From positions 2,418 through 66,417 of the forward strand of contig JAYVUT010000003.1 in NCBI GenBank assembly GCA_043787675.1: a stretch of 64,000 nucleotides of DNA, written 5' to 3'. Shown here piece by piece: positions 45,562 through 57,606 of the stretch (positions are counted from its first letter, which is position 1; each line of letters starts with the position of its first letter). Position numbers and translations under genes: made by a program. This stretch comes from Candidatus Altimarinota bacterium. GTDB taxonomy: Bacteria > Patescibacteriota > Gracilibacteria > BD1-5 > UBA2023. The notes below the pieces were generated by a model that worked only from the letters and a program-made list of their open reading frames with translations, ran no database searches and was not told the origin of the DNA.

Positions 45562-46131
45562 ATGAGATATATTTCACTTATTTTCATCTGTATTTTTTGT
45601 ATTTTTCTTGATCTTGGATCAAAGTATTATTTTGATAATCACTTTGTGATAGACTATTGTGAATATGAGGAGTGAAAAAATTTTTCTGATGAAAGATCAT
45701 TGGGATGATTATCTCCTGAACTCCTTTGTTCGAGTGATTATGGAGAAGCACAAATACTAAATTCCTATATAAAAAAAGCAAATGTCTCTATAGTTTGAGA
45801 ATATATTACATTCCAACTCTCTCATAATCAATGAATAGCATTCTCATTCCCAATAGAGGGAATATATCTCAAAATAGTTACTATATGACTTATTTTTGCT
45901 ATATTTTTTTATTATGTATCAGTAGAATATCCAAAAAATATCAGACTTCTTGATATTGCCTATTCTCTCATATTTGCTGGAGCTCTGTCGAATGGATATG
46001 AGAGAATATTCAAATGATATGTTATAGACTTCATCTCTATAGAATACTTTGCTATTTTGAACTTTGCGGATATATTTATATTCATTGGTGCCTGCATATT
46101 ATTCATCTCCTATTATGTCCGAAAACAGTAA
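45562..46131 (+). CDS. lspA: Lipoprotein signal peptidase II
   Basis: The ATG directly abuts the preceding stop. LDLGSK, LSHNQ-G-IAFSF, GALSNGYERIFK-G-YVIDF and NFADIFI motifs. TAA stop at 46129-46131. Confidence 0.85.
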
Positions 46132-46204
46132 TACATTATCAGATATATCTCTCTCTGCGGAGGAGTTGCTGGGTCCACCACGAGTAGATATTATCGGTAT
46201 TGGT

Positions 46205-46888
46205 ATGATGGTACTTGTTGCTATTGTTGTCTGATTTCTCTCCTCGATTGGGGTAGTTATATTCGCATTTCTCTCTCTTGGTACTTTCTCCCTCGGGAGT
46301 GGTATATCCCCGATACTCCTTGCTATGATCACATTCTTCGCACTGACCGTCAGCAATATGCTCTACCTCTGGAGTGTGAAGGGTATATTCCCTCATATAT
46401 ATACAGGGAGTAGGACAACATATCTCCATGCATCCGTATTCTCTATTATCCTCTATATCGCGATTGCCCCTCTCTATCTGATCGTCAACTCTATGGTCGT
46501 AGATGGATCTGGGATACTGATCGCCTATATTGCCCATGTTCTTCTCAACATATTCGGACTCGAGATCATCGTGAGTATCCTCTCTAACTATCGCTATTCC
46601 CTCCTCTCTATCTACTCGAGTATCGTAAGTTTGATACTCACAGCAAGTATACTATTTCTTGTATATATACAGACGCACTCAGATTCGAGCAATGCCCTAT
46701 TTGTTCTCCTTGGGCTCTCTATGCTCGCATTTGTAGTGGCTATTTTTGTGACATTTTTGATCAGATACTGTTACTATCGTATCTATATATCTTCTGGATA
46801 TGACCCTATTGGTGATGTGTTTGCTCAGGTCGAGCGTGATGCCAAACTGACTGAAAAAGAAGTCGAAAAACAACTCTTTGCTCAATAA
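46205..46888 (+). CDS. Hypothetical polytopic membrane protein
   Basis: The frame of ORF 46325-46888 stays open upstream, and the first ATG is at 46205. Six hydrophobic segments. The start is uncertain. Confidence 0.6.
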
Positions 46889-46900
46889 TCAACTCACTCT

Positions 46901-47446
46901 ATGCATCAACTTGTCCGCAAAACTCTCGAAACCTATATACATGAGAAACGTATCATCACACAATGAGATATCCCAACAGATATGCTCCCGATGATGTCGA
47001 CTCGACAATCAGTATTTGTCACTCTCTATATGGATGGACGTGTTATTGCCTCATCTGGCCGTATCCAGTGTCAGAAGGAGAATACTGTCTATGAGGCTAT
47101 AGATGCGACTATGCTCTGTCTCAAGGATATACGGTTTGCGACCAATATGCAATCCAGTGAAAATATATCCAATATCCATATACGAGTTGATCTATTTGCT
47201 CCAGAAGATCGCCGTATGATCCAGAGTTCATCAGAACTCAATATACGAGACGAGTGACTGATCCTGCTCTCACAGAATCTCGGAGTCATATCAGTAGTGC
47301 TCCCCCATATGATACACCTTGATCCTACTCCTGAGAGATATTTTGCACTTGCATGCCAAAAAGTATGACTCGATCCGAATAAGCTCACTCATGCCGACTA
47401 TGTTCTCTATGCACTCAAAACAAGAGAATTCACTGATATGGTGTAA
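46901..47446 (+). CDS. AMMECR1-domain protein
   Basis: ATG 46901. SVFVTLYMDGRVIASSGRI resembles the AMMECR1 vFVTL...LRGCiG segment. Three in-frame TGA; TAA stop at 47444-47446. Confidence 0.7.
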
Positions 47447-47465
47447 ATGTACTTTTTAAAAAAAT

Positions 47466-48119
47466 TTAAGTCTTAATTTTAGAGTTTCACAGGAAGCTCT
47501 TTTTATAATATTTACATTCTTTCTGGAGTTTGCAGCTTTCGCATTTTGGTCGTCTTGCGATACAGTGATATCTCCCGAAGAGTACGAGTGGATGATGGAG
47601 GAGTTGCTTGGTGGCAATATCAAAAATCCGATCTATTTCTCTGTCTGTCTCATTGGGGGTATGGGTATCGACTATTCCAATCCTATTCATCACACGATGT
47701 ATATGTGTATCGACACCGACATATGGCATATCATAGAGAACAGCAAGGACGACTTTGGCTGTCTTGATCCCGATACCTGGGAATGTCTGTATGAGTTTGA
47801 GGTCATTTGGGATGATACCATCATACTGTGTTGCGAGTATCGTTCCAGTTTCTTTGATATATTTGGATTTATTTCGAAAAAAATTCACATATTTCAGATG
47901 TTCCTCGATATCCTCAAGAGGTATATCAATTACATCTTTCGCTTCTCGAACTCGAGCAAAAAATGGTGGAGTTATTTTATTCACTTGTTTGTCCGTCGTC
48001 TGAGCCGATAGTATGACTGCACAGAGCAATTGGAACGGTGTATCATAGTTGAGTTCGATCTTATTTCCACCATATTCATCTATGATTGGACCCAAGATTT
48101 TTCACCAGTTTTTTTTCAT
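47466..48119 (-). CDS. nth: Endonuclease III
   Basis: ATG 48119. HhH region LIQTFPGIGIKTAKVVL, catalytic VDTHIHRV and Fe-S cluster CIARRPKCESCKLQKEC. Reads through TGA 47487 to TAA 47466-47468. Confidence 0.92.
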
Positions 48120-48147
48120 ATTATAGAATTATATATTGTACCATATT

Positions 48148-48990
48148 CTATTTTGCAGTCTCTCCATATATGAGATCGAGATTTTTCTGGCATATTACAG
48201 TATCAGAACAGACGAAGAGTTTACCAGGGATACGGGCATCGATATAGAGAACAGATCAGTCAGTCAGTTTCAGAGGATTGTTAGCTATATAGGTACGTAG
48301 AGTGATGAGTTGACCTAGGATATTTTTTGGAATAGTTCTATTTTGGATCTCGTTATCATCTTGTAGGGCAAACATAATATGTGTATGTGACTCGAGAATG
48401 ATATGGAGTTCATTCTCATCTACATAGTACCGAGATCGTGCTAAGTGCAATGTTGCCCATTCTGTAGAGAATACCTGAAATATCTGAGATATGATGTTCA
48501 TATTATATTCTTCTATTGCCTGTTTATAGCTCAAAAATAAGTCTCCGATCATTGCGGGTGCTGTGATATCGAGATGATATTTTGCTACGGTATCTCAGAG
48601 ATCTCTCTCAGGGATAAGGACTCCATTGCTCGATAGTCACCACTTCTTGTTCGCTATCCCACTGATAATAGTATCAAATGGTACTTGAGCTCCTGTTATG
48701 AGTACTTTGACGCCATTAGGATAGTATCTGTCGATACTCACTCAGGCGAGATTGTGCATACTCAATTTGAGTCTACGAGCTATATCTGCTTCATCAAGGA
48801 GGAATATACTCTGTCCATAGATCCCCTCGAGTGATCGGTATGCAATTGCTATATCCACTCATGGAGTCATAGCCTCTACCATGACTTGATTTGGACTGAT
48901 TTTGAAATATGGAGAAAAAACTACTATATATACTGATAATAGTATGAGCATCATACCAATCATACTCATCATATATCCGTAGTTTTTCAT
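48148..48990 (-). CDS. FtsQ/DivIB-like cell-division protein (TM plus POTRA)
   Basis: ATG 48990 and TM IGMMLILLSVYIVVF. The POTRA-like stretch is ISPNQVMVEAMTP-G-VDIAIAYRSLEGIYGQSIFLLDEADIARRLKL...YYPNGVKVLI. TAG stop at 48148-48150. Confidence 0.7.
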
Positions 48991-49204
48991 GATATTTCCA
49001 GTGATAATTTTCTCCTGGAAAAATGTCGAAAAAGCCCGATATCATGATCTATGATTGTTGATCTTGCTCGTATTTCTGGAACTCTGGAATCGATCATCAC
49101 TATTTGCTCCACCAAAAAGGTACTTTTGTTTTTTTTCACTTTGTACCTCTTTTTTCCATTTTTTTTGACCTCATTTGGTGAGTTTGGAGATGTAGTATGC
49201 TATC

Positions 49205-49558
49205 TTATTTCGAAAGTCCATATTGCTTATCGAGTTCTTGGATGAGTGAGAGTATATCGCCTTTTTTATCGATATTTTTTGCTACGCGAAATCGGATCCG
49301 AGGAGTCCGACGCAAACCGAGCTCTCGAGATATACGACTATGGATAGTTCCTGCGATCGGTGCGAGAAATGCCGTGAGTTCCTTATCATCTCACTGACCG
49401 TGTATCATCACATCAGCATAGCTCTTGTCACTCGAGATGATAATCTCGAGTACTGATATGATACCATGATTGTGCTCATAGTCACGGGAGAATGCGAGTA
49501 TCTCTTCTATAGCGAGAGTGCGGATACATTCAGAGAGGCGGTCACTTTTTATAGTCAT
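49205..49558 (-). CDS. rbfA: Ribosome-binding factor A
   Basis: ATG 49558. MTIKSDRLSECIRTLAIEEI...SDKSYADVMIHGQ...IHSRISRELGLRRTPRIRF fits the RbfA pattern. TAA stop at 49205-49207. Confidence 0.85.
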
Positions 49559-49636
49559 TATTTATAGATTATTTTTGAGTATTGGAGATGAGAGATGCAG
49601 GATTCCAGTATAGAGAAAATATATAAAAAAGAAAAT

Positions 49637-50611
49637 CTAATCCAGGAATTTTTTCAGATCACTCTTGAGTGGGGCCTCAAAATTGTATTCATGGTCGAAT
49701 AGGTTAAAATTGAGCCTGAATGCATGGAGCCACTGTCTCGTGAGTCAATACGATTCGAGAGCTTCTATATTCGCTCTATCATTGCCGTAGACCTTGTCTC
49801 CTACGATCGGATATCCGATCGATGAGAGATGTACTCGGATCTGATGAGTACGGCCCGTGAGGAGATCTACCTCGAGGAGTGTATATTTGCCAGCAATGAT
49901 GGCTTTATTGAGAAATTTTGTTTTAGCGAGTTTCGGATTGCTGGGATCTAGCGTTGTCATCTTTTTGCGATCGTAGGGATCTCGTCCGATGAATGACTCG
50001 ATATATCACTCACGATCCTTCACGATACCAACGACGAGTGCAAGATAGGTCTTGTGAATAGTGCGTTTGGCGATCTTGAGTTGGAGAGTGTGCATCGACT
50101 TATCATTTTTTGCTATGATGATGAGTCCAGACGTATCCTTGTCGAGACGATGGACGATACCAGGTCGCTCGACTCCATTGATGATGGATGGATGGAACTC
50201 TGGATCTTCATGACGGATACCCAGATTCTTGAAATGATACAAGAGAGCATTCACCAGTGTGCCTACTCTTCCTCATTCACCAGGGGTAGGATGAGTATTG
50301 ATTCCTGCTTCTTTCGATATGATTGCAAAATCATCATTCTCATAGATGATCTCGAGTGGCATATCCTCAGCTATGAGTGCCATCTGATCAATTTGCCAAT
50401 GTATCTCTATAATATCTCCCCGGTATATTTTTTTATTTTTGTTGAATGATGTTCCATTGCATGATATTTTCCCTTCTTCGATCATCTTCTGGAGGTAGCT
50501 TCTGGATTTTTCTGGAAAAAGAGCCGACAGGTAAGTGTCGACTCTTCTTGTTTCTCTCGGATCCGCCAGGACACAAAAGGTGGAGATGCAATAGGAATTG
50601 GATGATCGCAT
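49637..50611 (-). CDS. rluD: 23S rRNA pseudouridine synthase, RluA/RluD family, with an S4 domain
   Basis: ATG 50611, 10 nt after the ndk stop. [18 protein letters not shown] and RQWLHA motifs. TAG stop at 49637-49639. Confidence 0.9.
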
Positions 50612-50621
50612 AGCTACGGGG

Positions 50622-51062
50622 TTATGCGGCGAGCTCTCGTCCATATGAGAAGAGCTCATTATCTGCAAAGAATCGAGCTACCTCAAGAGTAGCTGCAGCC
50701 TCACTATCTGAAGAATGGATAATATTGTTGTCGATATTTTTGGCATAGTCACCACGGATTGTTCCTGGAAGTGCATCAGCAGGATTGGTTGCTCCACACA
50801 TAGTTCGTACTACTCGGATAGCGTCGTGTCCTTCGATAGCTATAGCGACGATCGGTCCAGCCATCATAAATGCTGCAAGAAACTTGTAGAATCCTTTGCT
50901 CACATGATCACTATAGTGTGAATCACAGAGTGCCTGATCCATTTGGAGCATTTTGAGTCCAACAATCTTGAGTCCTTTTTTCTCGAGACGGGCTATGATA
51001 TCACCTATGAGCGATTTTTGGATAGTATCTGGTTTGAGTAAGATGAGTGTACGTTCTGCCAT
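50622..51062 (-). CDS. ndk: Nucleoside diphosphate kinase
   Basis: MAERTLILLKPD, GATNP and NIIHSSDS (active-site His). True TAA stop at 50622-50624. Confidence 0.95.
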   Translation of the reverse strand: MAERTLILLKPDTIQKSLIGDIIARLEKKGLKIVGLKMLQMDQALCDSHYSDHVSKGFYKFLAAFMMAGPIVAIAIEGHDAIRVVRTMCGATNPADALPGTIRGDYAKNIDNNIIHSSDSEAAATLEVARFFADNELFSYGRELAA

Positions 51063-51125
51063 AAGAAAAATGAAAAATAATAAAGTGAATGTATAGTACG
51101 AAAATATGCAAAAAAGCAAGTTTTT

Positions 51126-52007
51126 CTACTTCTCGAGTCTGATTTTGCGAACTCTATATTGCTCTGCCCAGGCGATGATGAGTTGTTTGCGTTCTATATT
51201 GCGTCGCCACTTCCCTACCAGTCCAATCGTGATGATGATACACTTATCTTCGAGGTAGTCGATATCCATCTTGTACTTGTAGCCGATATATGTCTGGAAG
51301 TTACCACAATTTTTTTTTGTCATGGTCGAACATATGATATCGAGTTCCCCTCGTAGTCCATCTATGAACTCGGTGAATGAGAGTGAATAGGTTTCGTGAT
51401 CGTATGGTATACGTACTAGCTCCTTGCGGATACTCTCGACTTGGAGCTCTTCTCGACGGATTGTTTCTGTGAGGAATCGATGACTCGGTATCGTGAAGTG
51501 TCGTCCTGTATTGTCTCCGTCACTATCTTTGCCGAGTATCCCGATCGTGAACATACGGATCGAGATGATCTGTCCTTGTGTATCACCTATTGCTATCGTC
51601 TCACCGATCTTGTACCGACGCAATATGATAAAAAATGCAACGATAGACAGGATAAAATCTCGAAAAGTCACTACTAGTGCTGCTGCCGTCACGATAAAAA
51701 AGTTGGCACCAATAGTAGTCCAAGTCACAAGAAGTACCCCGAGAGCCACAAATATAGTAGCTACACGAACGATATCAACAAGTTGTCCCTTGCGATAGTA
51801 CTCGAGATAGTACTCAGGATTCTCAGTATCGAGAGCGACATCTGTGCGTATTGCCCATATGCGTTGTTTCATAGAACGCTTCATCAATATAGCAATGCTC
51901 TCCACGATGAGTACAGCAAATATGACACTGATAATGAGAGCATCTTTATCCCAGAGTTTTTCGAGAGAAATAACGATAGTAGAGAAAATATTTTCGACTG
52001 ACAGCAT
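51126..52007 (-). CDS. Mechanosensitive ion channel (MscS family)
   Basis: Intact 293-aa ORF with no TGA. TM helices followed by IGETIAIGDTQGQIISIRMFTIGIL...FTIPSH. Confidence 0.85.
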   Translation of the reverse strand: MLSVENIFSTIVISLEKLWDKDALIISVIFAVLIVESIAILMKRSMKQRIWAIRTDVALDTENPEYYLEYYRKGQLVDIVRVATIFVALGVLLVTWTTIGANFFIVTAAALVVTFRDFILSIVAFFIILRRYKIGETIAIGDTQGQIISIRMFTIGILGKDSDGDNTGRHFTIPSHRFLTETIRREELQVESIRKELVRIPYDHETYSLSFTEFIDGLRGELDIICSTMTKKNCGNFQTYIGYKYKMDIDYLEDKCIIITIGLVGKWRRNIERKQLIIAWAEQYRVRKIRLEK

Positions 52008-52022
52008 GAAGTAGTGATGGGT

Positions 52023-53906
52023 TTATTTTTTGAGTATATTCACAAAAGTTTCTGAAGGAATACTCACTCGTCCAAATTGTTTCATTTTTTTCTTTCCTTC
52101 CTTTTGTTTTTCTAGGAGCTTACGTTTGCGAGTGATATCTCATCCATACAACTTTGCTGTCACATCCTTTCGCAGAGCAGATATATCTTCACGAGCGACC
52201 ACATCAGCCCCGACTACCGCTTGTATTGCGATAGCAAATTGGGCTTTTGGGATATTTTCCTTGAGTTTTTCGCAGATCTTGCCTCCGAGATAACGAGTCC
52301 GTCCACGGTGTGCCATCATAGAGAATGCCTCGACTATATCTCCTGCTACACGGATATCCATCTTCACGATATCATCAATCTTGAATCTGATCGTTTCATA
52401 GTGCAGACTCGCGTAGCCAGAGGAGAGTGACTTCAGATCGTCATAGTAGTCTCCTACGAGCTCACTCATCGGGATCTCATAGTGGAGGATGACACGGTTA
52501 GCATCGAGATTGGTTTGGTTTTTGAACACTCATCGTCTCTCTTGTGCGAGTCCCATCAGGTTTCCGATATACTCGTTTGGAGTTATCATTTCTACCTTTG
52601 CAATCGGCTCCTCGATATGGATATAGGTTCCAGGTTTTGGTACATCCTCAGGATTGGAGATATAGAGATAGGTACACTCGCGACCACCGAACTCGATGAG
52701 TTCCCCTCTCGCTCGTGGATAGAGTGCGACCTTGTCCCCTCCGATTAGGAGCCTGTAGGTGACCTGTGGACTCGTGATGATCACATCCATATCGTATTCT
52801 CGCCAGAGTCGCTCCTTGACTATATCGAGATGGAGGAGTCCGAGAAATCCACAACGAAATCCATATCCGAGTGCAGGAGATGCCTCGTGTTCTGCCACGA
52901 GTGATGAGTCATTGAGCATGAGTTTTTCCATAGCATCTTTCATCTTTGGGTACTCATCTGTTTCTACTGGGAATATACCGGCATAGATATATGGAGTGAT
53001 TTTTTTGAATCCTTTGATTGCATTTTTGGACTCGAGAGGACCCGAGAATACAGTATCACCGACACGAGCCTCGGCAATAGACTTGAGACCAGTCACTACA
53101 TAGCCGATTTCTCACTCATAGAGAGCCTCTCGGGGTGTATACTTGGGACGAAAACATCCCACTTCGAGACACTCTATCTTGGCTCCTGTATTGATGAATT
53201 CGAGTTTATCTCATTTTTTGATCTCACCTGAGAAGAGCTTGAGATAAACAACGACTCCCTTGTATGGGTCGTATTGTGAGTCAAAAATGAGAGCTTTGGT
53301 TACTCAGGACTGATTTTCTCAAGACTCGAATGGAAGAAGTTCTGAGAGGCGAGAGAGTTTGCGTGGCTCGGGGATACGATCGAGTACAGCATCAAGGATT
53401 GTTTCCACATTTTCTCATGTTTTTGCAGATACAGGGATGATATCTTCCCGAGTACAGCCAAGGAGATTCATCACCTCCTCACTCACTCGCTCAACATCAG
53501 ATGATGGGAGATCGATCTTGTTGAGTACTGGGATGATCTGGAGATCGTTCTCCATAGCGAGATACACATTCGATAGAGTCTGTGCCTCGATCCCTTGAGT
53601 CGCATCGACTACGAGGATAGCTCATTCGACTGATGCGAGAGAACGAGAGACCTCATATTGGAAATCCACATGCCCAGGAGTATCGATGAGATTGAGTTCA
53701 ACTCACTTCCACTCCATACGTACTGGAGTGAGCTTGATAGTGATACCTCGCTCACGCTCGAGATCCATCTGGTCGAGTGTTTGTGATTGCATCTCTCGTT
53801 TCTGGAGAGTTCCTGTGATTTCCATGAGACGATCAGCGAGTGTAGACTTACCATGATCGATATGGGCAATGATACAAAAGTTGCGGATAGAGATAGGTTT
53901 GGACAT
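52023..53906 (-). CDS. lepA: Translation elongation factor 4
   Basis: [21 protein letters not shown] at the N-terminus. The C-terminus [29 protein letters not shown] is diagnostic of LepA. TAA stop at 52023-52025. Confidence 0.95.
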
Positions 53907-54051
53907 ATTATTTTTGGTTTTGAGTACTCGTATTCTAGACTAGAAGATACCCAAAAAGATGAAAAAGGCAAAAAGAAGTCTCAGAAATTTGCTTTACCAG
54001 AATTATTGTGCTAATCTATATTTACCTTATATTTTTCTTACCAATACAAAT

Positions 54052-54198
54052 ATGGAAAAGCACCTCGCTCCTTCTCGTGAGTACCTCGCTCAGCGTGGTC
54101 ACATGGTATCATTTCTCATGATGGCCCTCATGGTCACTGCTTGGCTCAATATATTCCAAGAGTCAGTCAATGCAGCAGCTATCTCTACATACTTTTAG
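54052..54198 (+). CDS. Possible small membrane protein (48 aa)
   Basis: ATG-to-TAG ORF with one hydrophobic helix, followed directly by a strong terminator. Confidence 0.35.
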   Translation: MEKHLAPSREYLAQRGHMVSFLMMALMVTAWLNIFQESVNAAAISTYF

Positions 54199-54213
54199 GC
54201 CTAAACCTACAAA

Positions 54214-54246
54214 AAAACTTCCTCATATACTGAGGAAGTTTTTTTA
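54214..54246 (+). terminator. Rho-independent terminator
   Basis: Stem aaacttcctca / tgaggaagttt with loop tatac, followed by a T-run. Confidence 0.7.
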
Positions 54247-54328
54247 TTCGGATTCTCATCCCTCAAATTCAAAATTTATAAAAACAAAAAATCACCCTAA
54301 GAATTCAAGGTGAGTTTTGATTTTTATA

Positions 54329-54402
54329 TGGTTGGGAATGAGGGATTCGAACCCCCGATGGGGGATTCAGAGTCCCCTGCCTTACCACTTGGCGAATTCC
54401 CA
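54329..54402 (-). tRNA. tRNA-Gln (anticodon CUG), CCA encoded
   Basis: The reverse complement tgggaattcgccaagtggtaaggca-gggga-ctCTGaa-tcccc-...-ttcgaat-...-attccca-a-cca has a U1-A72 pair and a D arm like E. coli tRNA-Gln. Confidence 0.88.
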
Positions 54403-54451
54403 ATACAATAGTGCGAGACGGATTGTATCGAAAGGGTTTTATTTTGCAAAT

Positions 54452-55036
54452 TTATTTTCTCGAAGAGATATCCTGTTCTCTGTATATCTGTATGAGGACA
54501 CGCTTGATAACTCATATGAGTAGAGTATGGATATCATATCTGCCAAAAAGATACTGGAAATAGTTGAAGTGGTTGATTGGTTGTCATTTCGAGATGAGCC
54601 TCGGTCAATCAGTTCCAAATTTTCGAATATAGGATATACGAATATCTCTGATAGATATCCTCTTGGTATCTGGCTCTCAGGATCATATATCTGGGTACTC
54701 GCTAATATGGTATAGAGGAATACCGATAGTGAACTTATATTTTTTACTTCAGTCTTCTATGAATAGAGTTATTTCTGTGAATGATTGTCACTCTCTTGCT
54801 TCTTGATGTATATAGGTATGAGTTTTTGTATTTTTTGGGATGGTAACTCGGTATTCGTATTCTCCTATATGTATGAGTTCTTCTCTTGCATATTTATACT
54901 TCTGATGAACTCATGTTGAGAGTATTTTTTCGGTTTTTGATGCAGTATCTTGATGCAACTCTACAACTCATGATCCAATTGTTCATCTCTCAGAGGTGAA
55001 ATCAAATTCGAGTTGCCCAGGCATACCTGTTGCCAT
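54452..55036 (-). CDS. Hypothetical protein (194 aa)
   Basis: ATG 55036. There are 194 codons without TAA/TAG, including 9 in-frame TGA. TAA stop at 54452-54454. The sequence MATGMPGQLEFDFTSER... has no motif I recognise. Confidence 0.6.
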
Positions 55037-55104
55037 AATTGATATTGCAAAAAATAAATAATTCTCTACAATTCTTTCATATTATATCACAAAAAGCAAA
55101 TCCT

Positions 55105-55347
55105 ATGCGACTCCTCACTGGGCTCATCCTCATTACTATCTGAGTAGCGATCATATACTATCGGTTTGCTATATATGAGTTCACTGGTGAGTGGGGTTGG
55201 GCCAATACCTACCTCGGTAATACTATGAATGCCATAGTCCTCATCGGTATGATTCTCATCGGTATGGGATCAGCATATCCGTTTGGTGCATTCGACGGGT
55301 TTGGTGGTACGAGCAATATCATAGAGTCCCCTAGTTCATCGAGATAA
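55105..55347 (+). CDS. Small two-TM membrane protein (80 aa)
   Basis: ATG 55105, one in-frame TGA, TAA stop at 55345-55347. Confidence 0.5.
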
Positions 55348-57586
55348 GTCGCATATCGATGAGCTCCTCGATATCGAAACGGAGTCTCGCCTCGAGACGA
55401 TCATAGATATAGTAGTCATCCTCGCTATACTCGAGTGTGAATGTGTCACGCACCTGTCATCCACCGATATCCTCGGTGCGTACAGAGTTGATACTGATAC
55501 CCATATGATAGAGGAGCGTCGTGAGCTCCATGAGGAGTCATCGCTTGTTCCTGAGAGTACATTCGATATCGAAAACGATACCAGAGTCCTCACTATCATT
55601 GCTCCACTTGGCGAGCATACGACGTTCGAGTTCTATTTTTGCTACATTCTCACAGTCGACTCGATGTATGGTGATGATTCCCTGCCCTATCGCTCAGACA
55701 ATACGCTTGTTCTCTGGTGTTGGCTCACAACACTTGGCAATTTTGTATGGGATATCGCGAGACTTGCCTATGATGACATAGATTCACTCTGGAGCTGAGG
55801 GGGATTTTTCATCCTGTGATTTTTTCTTGCTTGTTCCATTTTTGTCATCTATTTTGCGTCATCCGAGCTCTGTCTCTATGACTTCATCATGGATCACTCT
55901 GAGTATGCTCCCTGGTTTGCGAGAGAGATTGCCGAGTTGGACGAGTACATCTTCGCGTTCTTTCATATCGAGAGTATGTCCATCTATACTGCGTAGTATA
56001 GTGAGTTCTTTGTCGAGACCATGGGCATAGTTTTTGGTGAGATAGGAGTTCAGGATAGTTCGTCACTTCTCCACAAAAAATGTTCTCTCTTCACGATTGA
56101 TGAATTGTCTGATATATTCCTTTGCTTTGGCTGTCGCAACAAAAGAGAGCCAAATTGGTTTGGGTTTGCGATCGCGGTCTGTGATGATCTCGATACTCTC
56201 ACCATTGTGGAGTACATAATCAAGTGGTACAACTCGGCCATTGACCTTGGCTATGGTGACTGTATTGCCGAGGTTGGAGTGGATAGAATATGCGAAATCG
56301 ATCGGAGTCGATCATTTGGGCAGCGTCATGATATCTCCACGAGGTGTGAATACGAATATCTGATCCTCGAAGACATTCATCTTCATATCATTCATGAACT
56401 CACCTCCGCCTTGATCTATATCAACAATTCCCTTGATCGTCTGTACCCAATAGCTATCTTTGGATTTGTGACTGTGACCTGTTTCTGAGTATTCAAAATG
56501 AGCAGCCACTCCGACCTCTGCCTGGAGGTGCATCTCTCGTGTTCGTATCTGGATCTCTGTTGGTTGAGAGCGGAGATCAGGAAATAGTCATACCACTGTT
56601 GTATGGAGGGACTGATATCCGTTTTCTTTTGGGAGTGCTATATAGTCCTTGAACCGTTTTGGCATCGGGACGAATATATTATGGAGCACTCAGAGTATCT
56701 CATAGCAGTGTCTGATATCATCGGTGATGATGCGTATAGCAAAGAGGTCATAGAGATCACCCGTATGCGTGTATGAGTAGTCCTTGCGTGAGAGCTTGCG
56801 ATAGATAGAAAATGGAGCCTTGATACGATACGAAATATCGATAATGGGGACTTCATCTGAGATGACTCATCTGATGACTTCTTTGGCCTTATGGATAAAA
56901 AAATCTTGCTCCTCACGCAAACTCGCAAGCTCAGTGGTAATACGGATGAACTCAGATGGATGCAATATTCGAAAACACTCTGTTTCGAGAGCTTCTTTGA
57001 ACTCGAATATACCGAGACGATCGGCTATTGGGGCATATATATTGAGTGTCTCGAGTGCTATACGCTGACGTTTGGCTGGATCTGGATGATGATCGAGCGT
57101 CTGCATATTGTGGAGTCTATCTGCGAGCTTCACCATGATGACTCTCAGATCGCTCACCATAGCGAGGAGCATCTTGCGGAGAGACTCGATAGTCCGTTCC
57201 TCTCCTCTGTATCTGATAGTCGAGAGCTTGGATAGTCACTGACATATCTCAGCAACTTGCCGTCCAAATAGTCTCTCTATATCCGCCTCTGTCTGAGGTG
57301 TATCTTCGATCACATCATGGAGGATACATGATTGTACTGTTACTAGATCGGGACTCAGTTTCAGGAGCAACTTCGCAGCTTGGAGAGGATGCTCGATATA
57401 GGGTTCTCCACTCTTGCGGATCTGCGTAGCGTGAGCCTCACGAGCAAATACATAAGTATCCCATATCGTCTTTTGTACCCGTGATCTCGTATCTTCTCAG
57501 AAATATCCTACCATAGCATCTATGATCTCATTGGTGAGTTGATCTGATCTTGTATAGTCCAGAGATGTATGGGTAGTAGTATTCAA
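55331..57586 (-). CDS. Bifunctional (p)ppGpp synthetase/hydrolase (RelA/SpoT homologue)
   Basis: HD domain [12 protein letters not shown]...ILHDVIEDT, a synthetase domain, a TGS segment [15 protein letters not shown] and a C-terminal ACT-like end. Fragments 56867-57172 and 56312-56533 share a frame. TAG stop at 55331-55333. The start is either TTG 57586 or ATG 57514. Confidence 0.9.
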
Positions 57587-57606
57587 TAGAAGAATTTAGA
57601 GTATTA

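Noticed and set aside
49000-49204. A short basic peptide ORF (about 24 aa) and a weak hairpin between rbfA and the ftsQ-like gene.
   Set aside because: The ORF is too short, and the hairpin has a 6-bp stem with a 19-nt loop. There is not enough support for a gene or a terminator call.
54527-54715. A 62-aa plus-strand ORF.
   Set aside because: It is bounded closely by TAG on both sides, while the opposite strand in the same phase is open for 194 codons. The minus gene is preferred.
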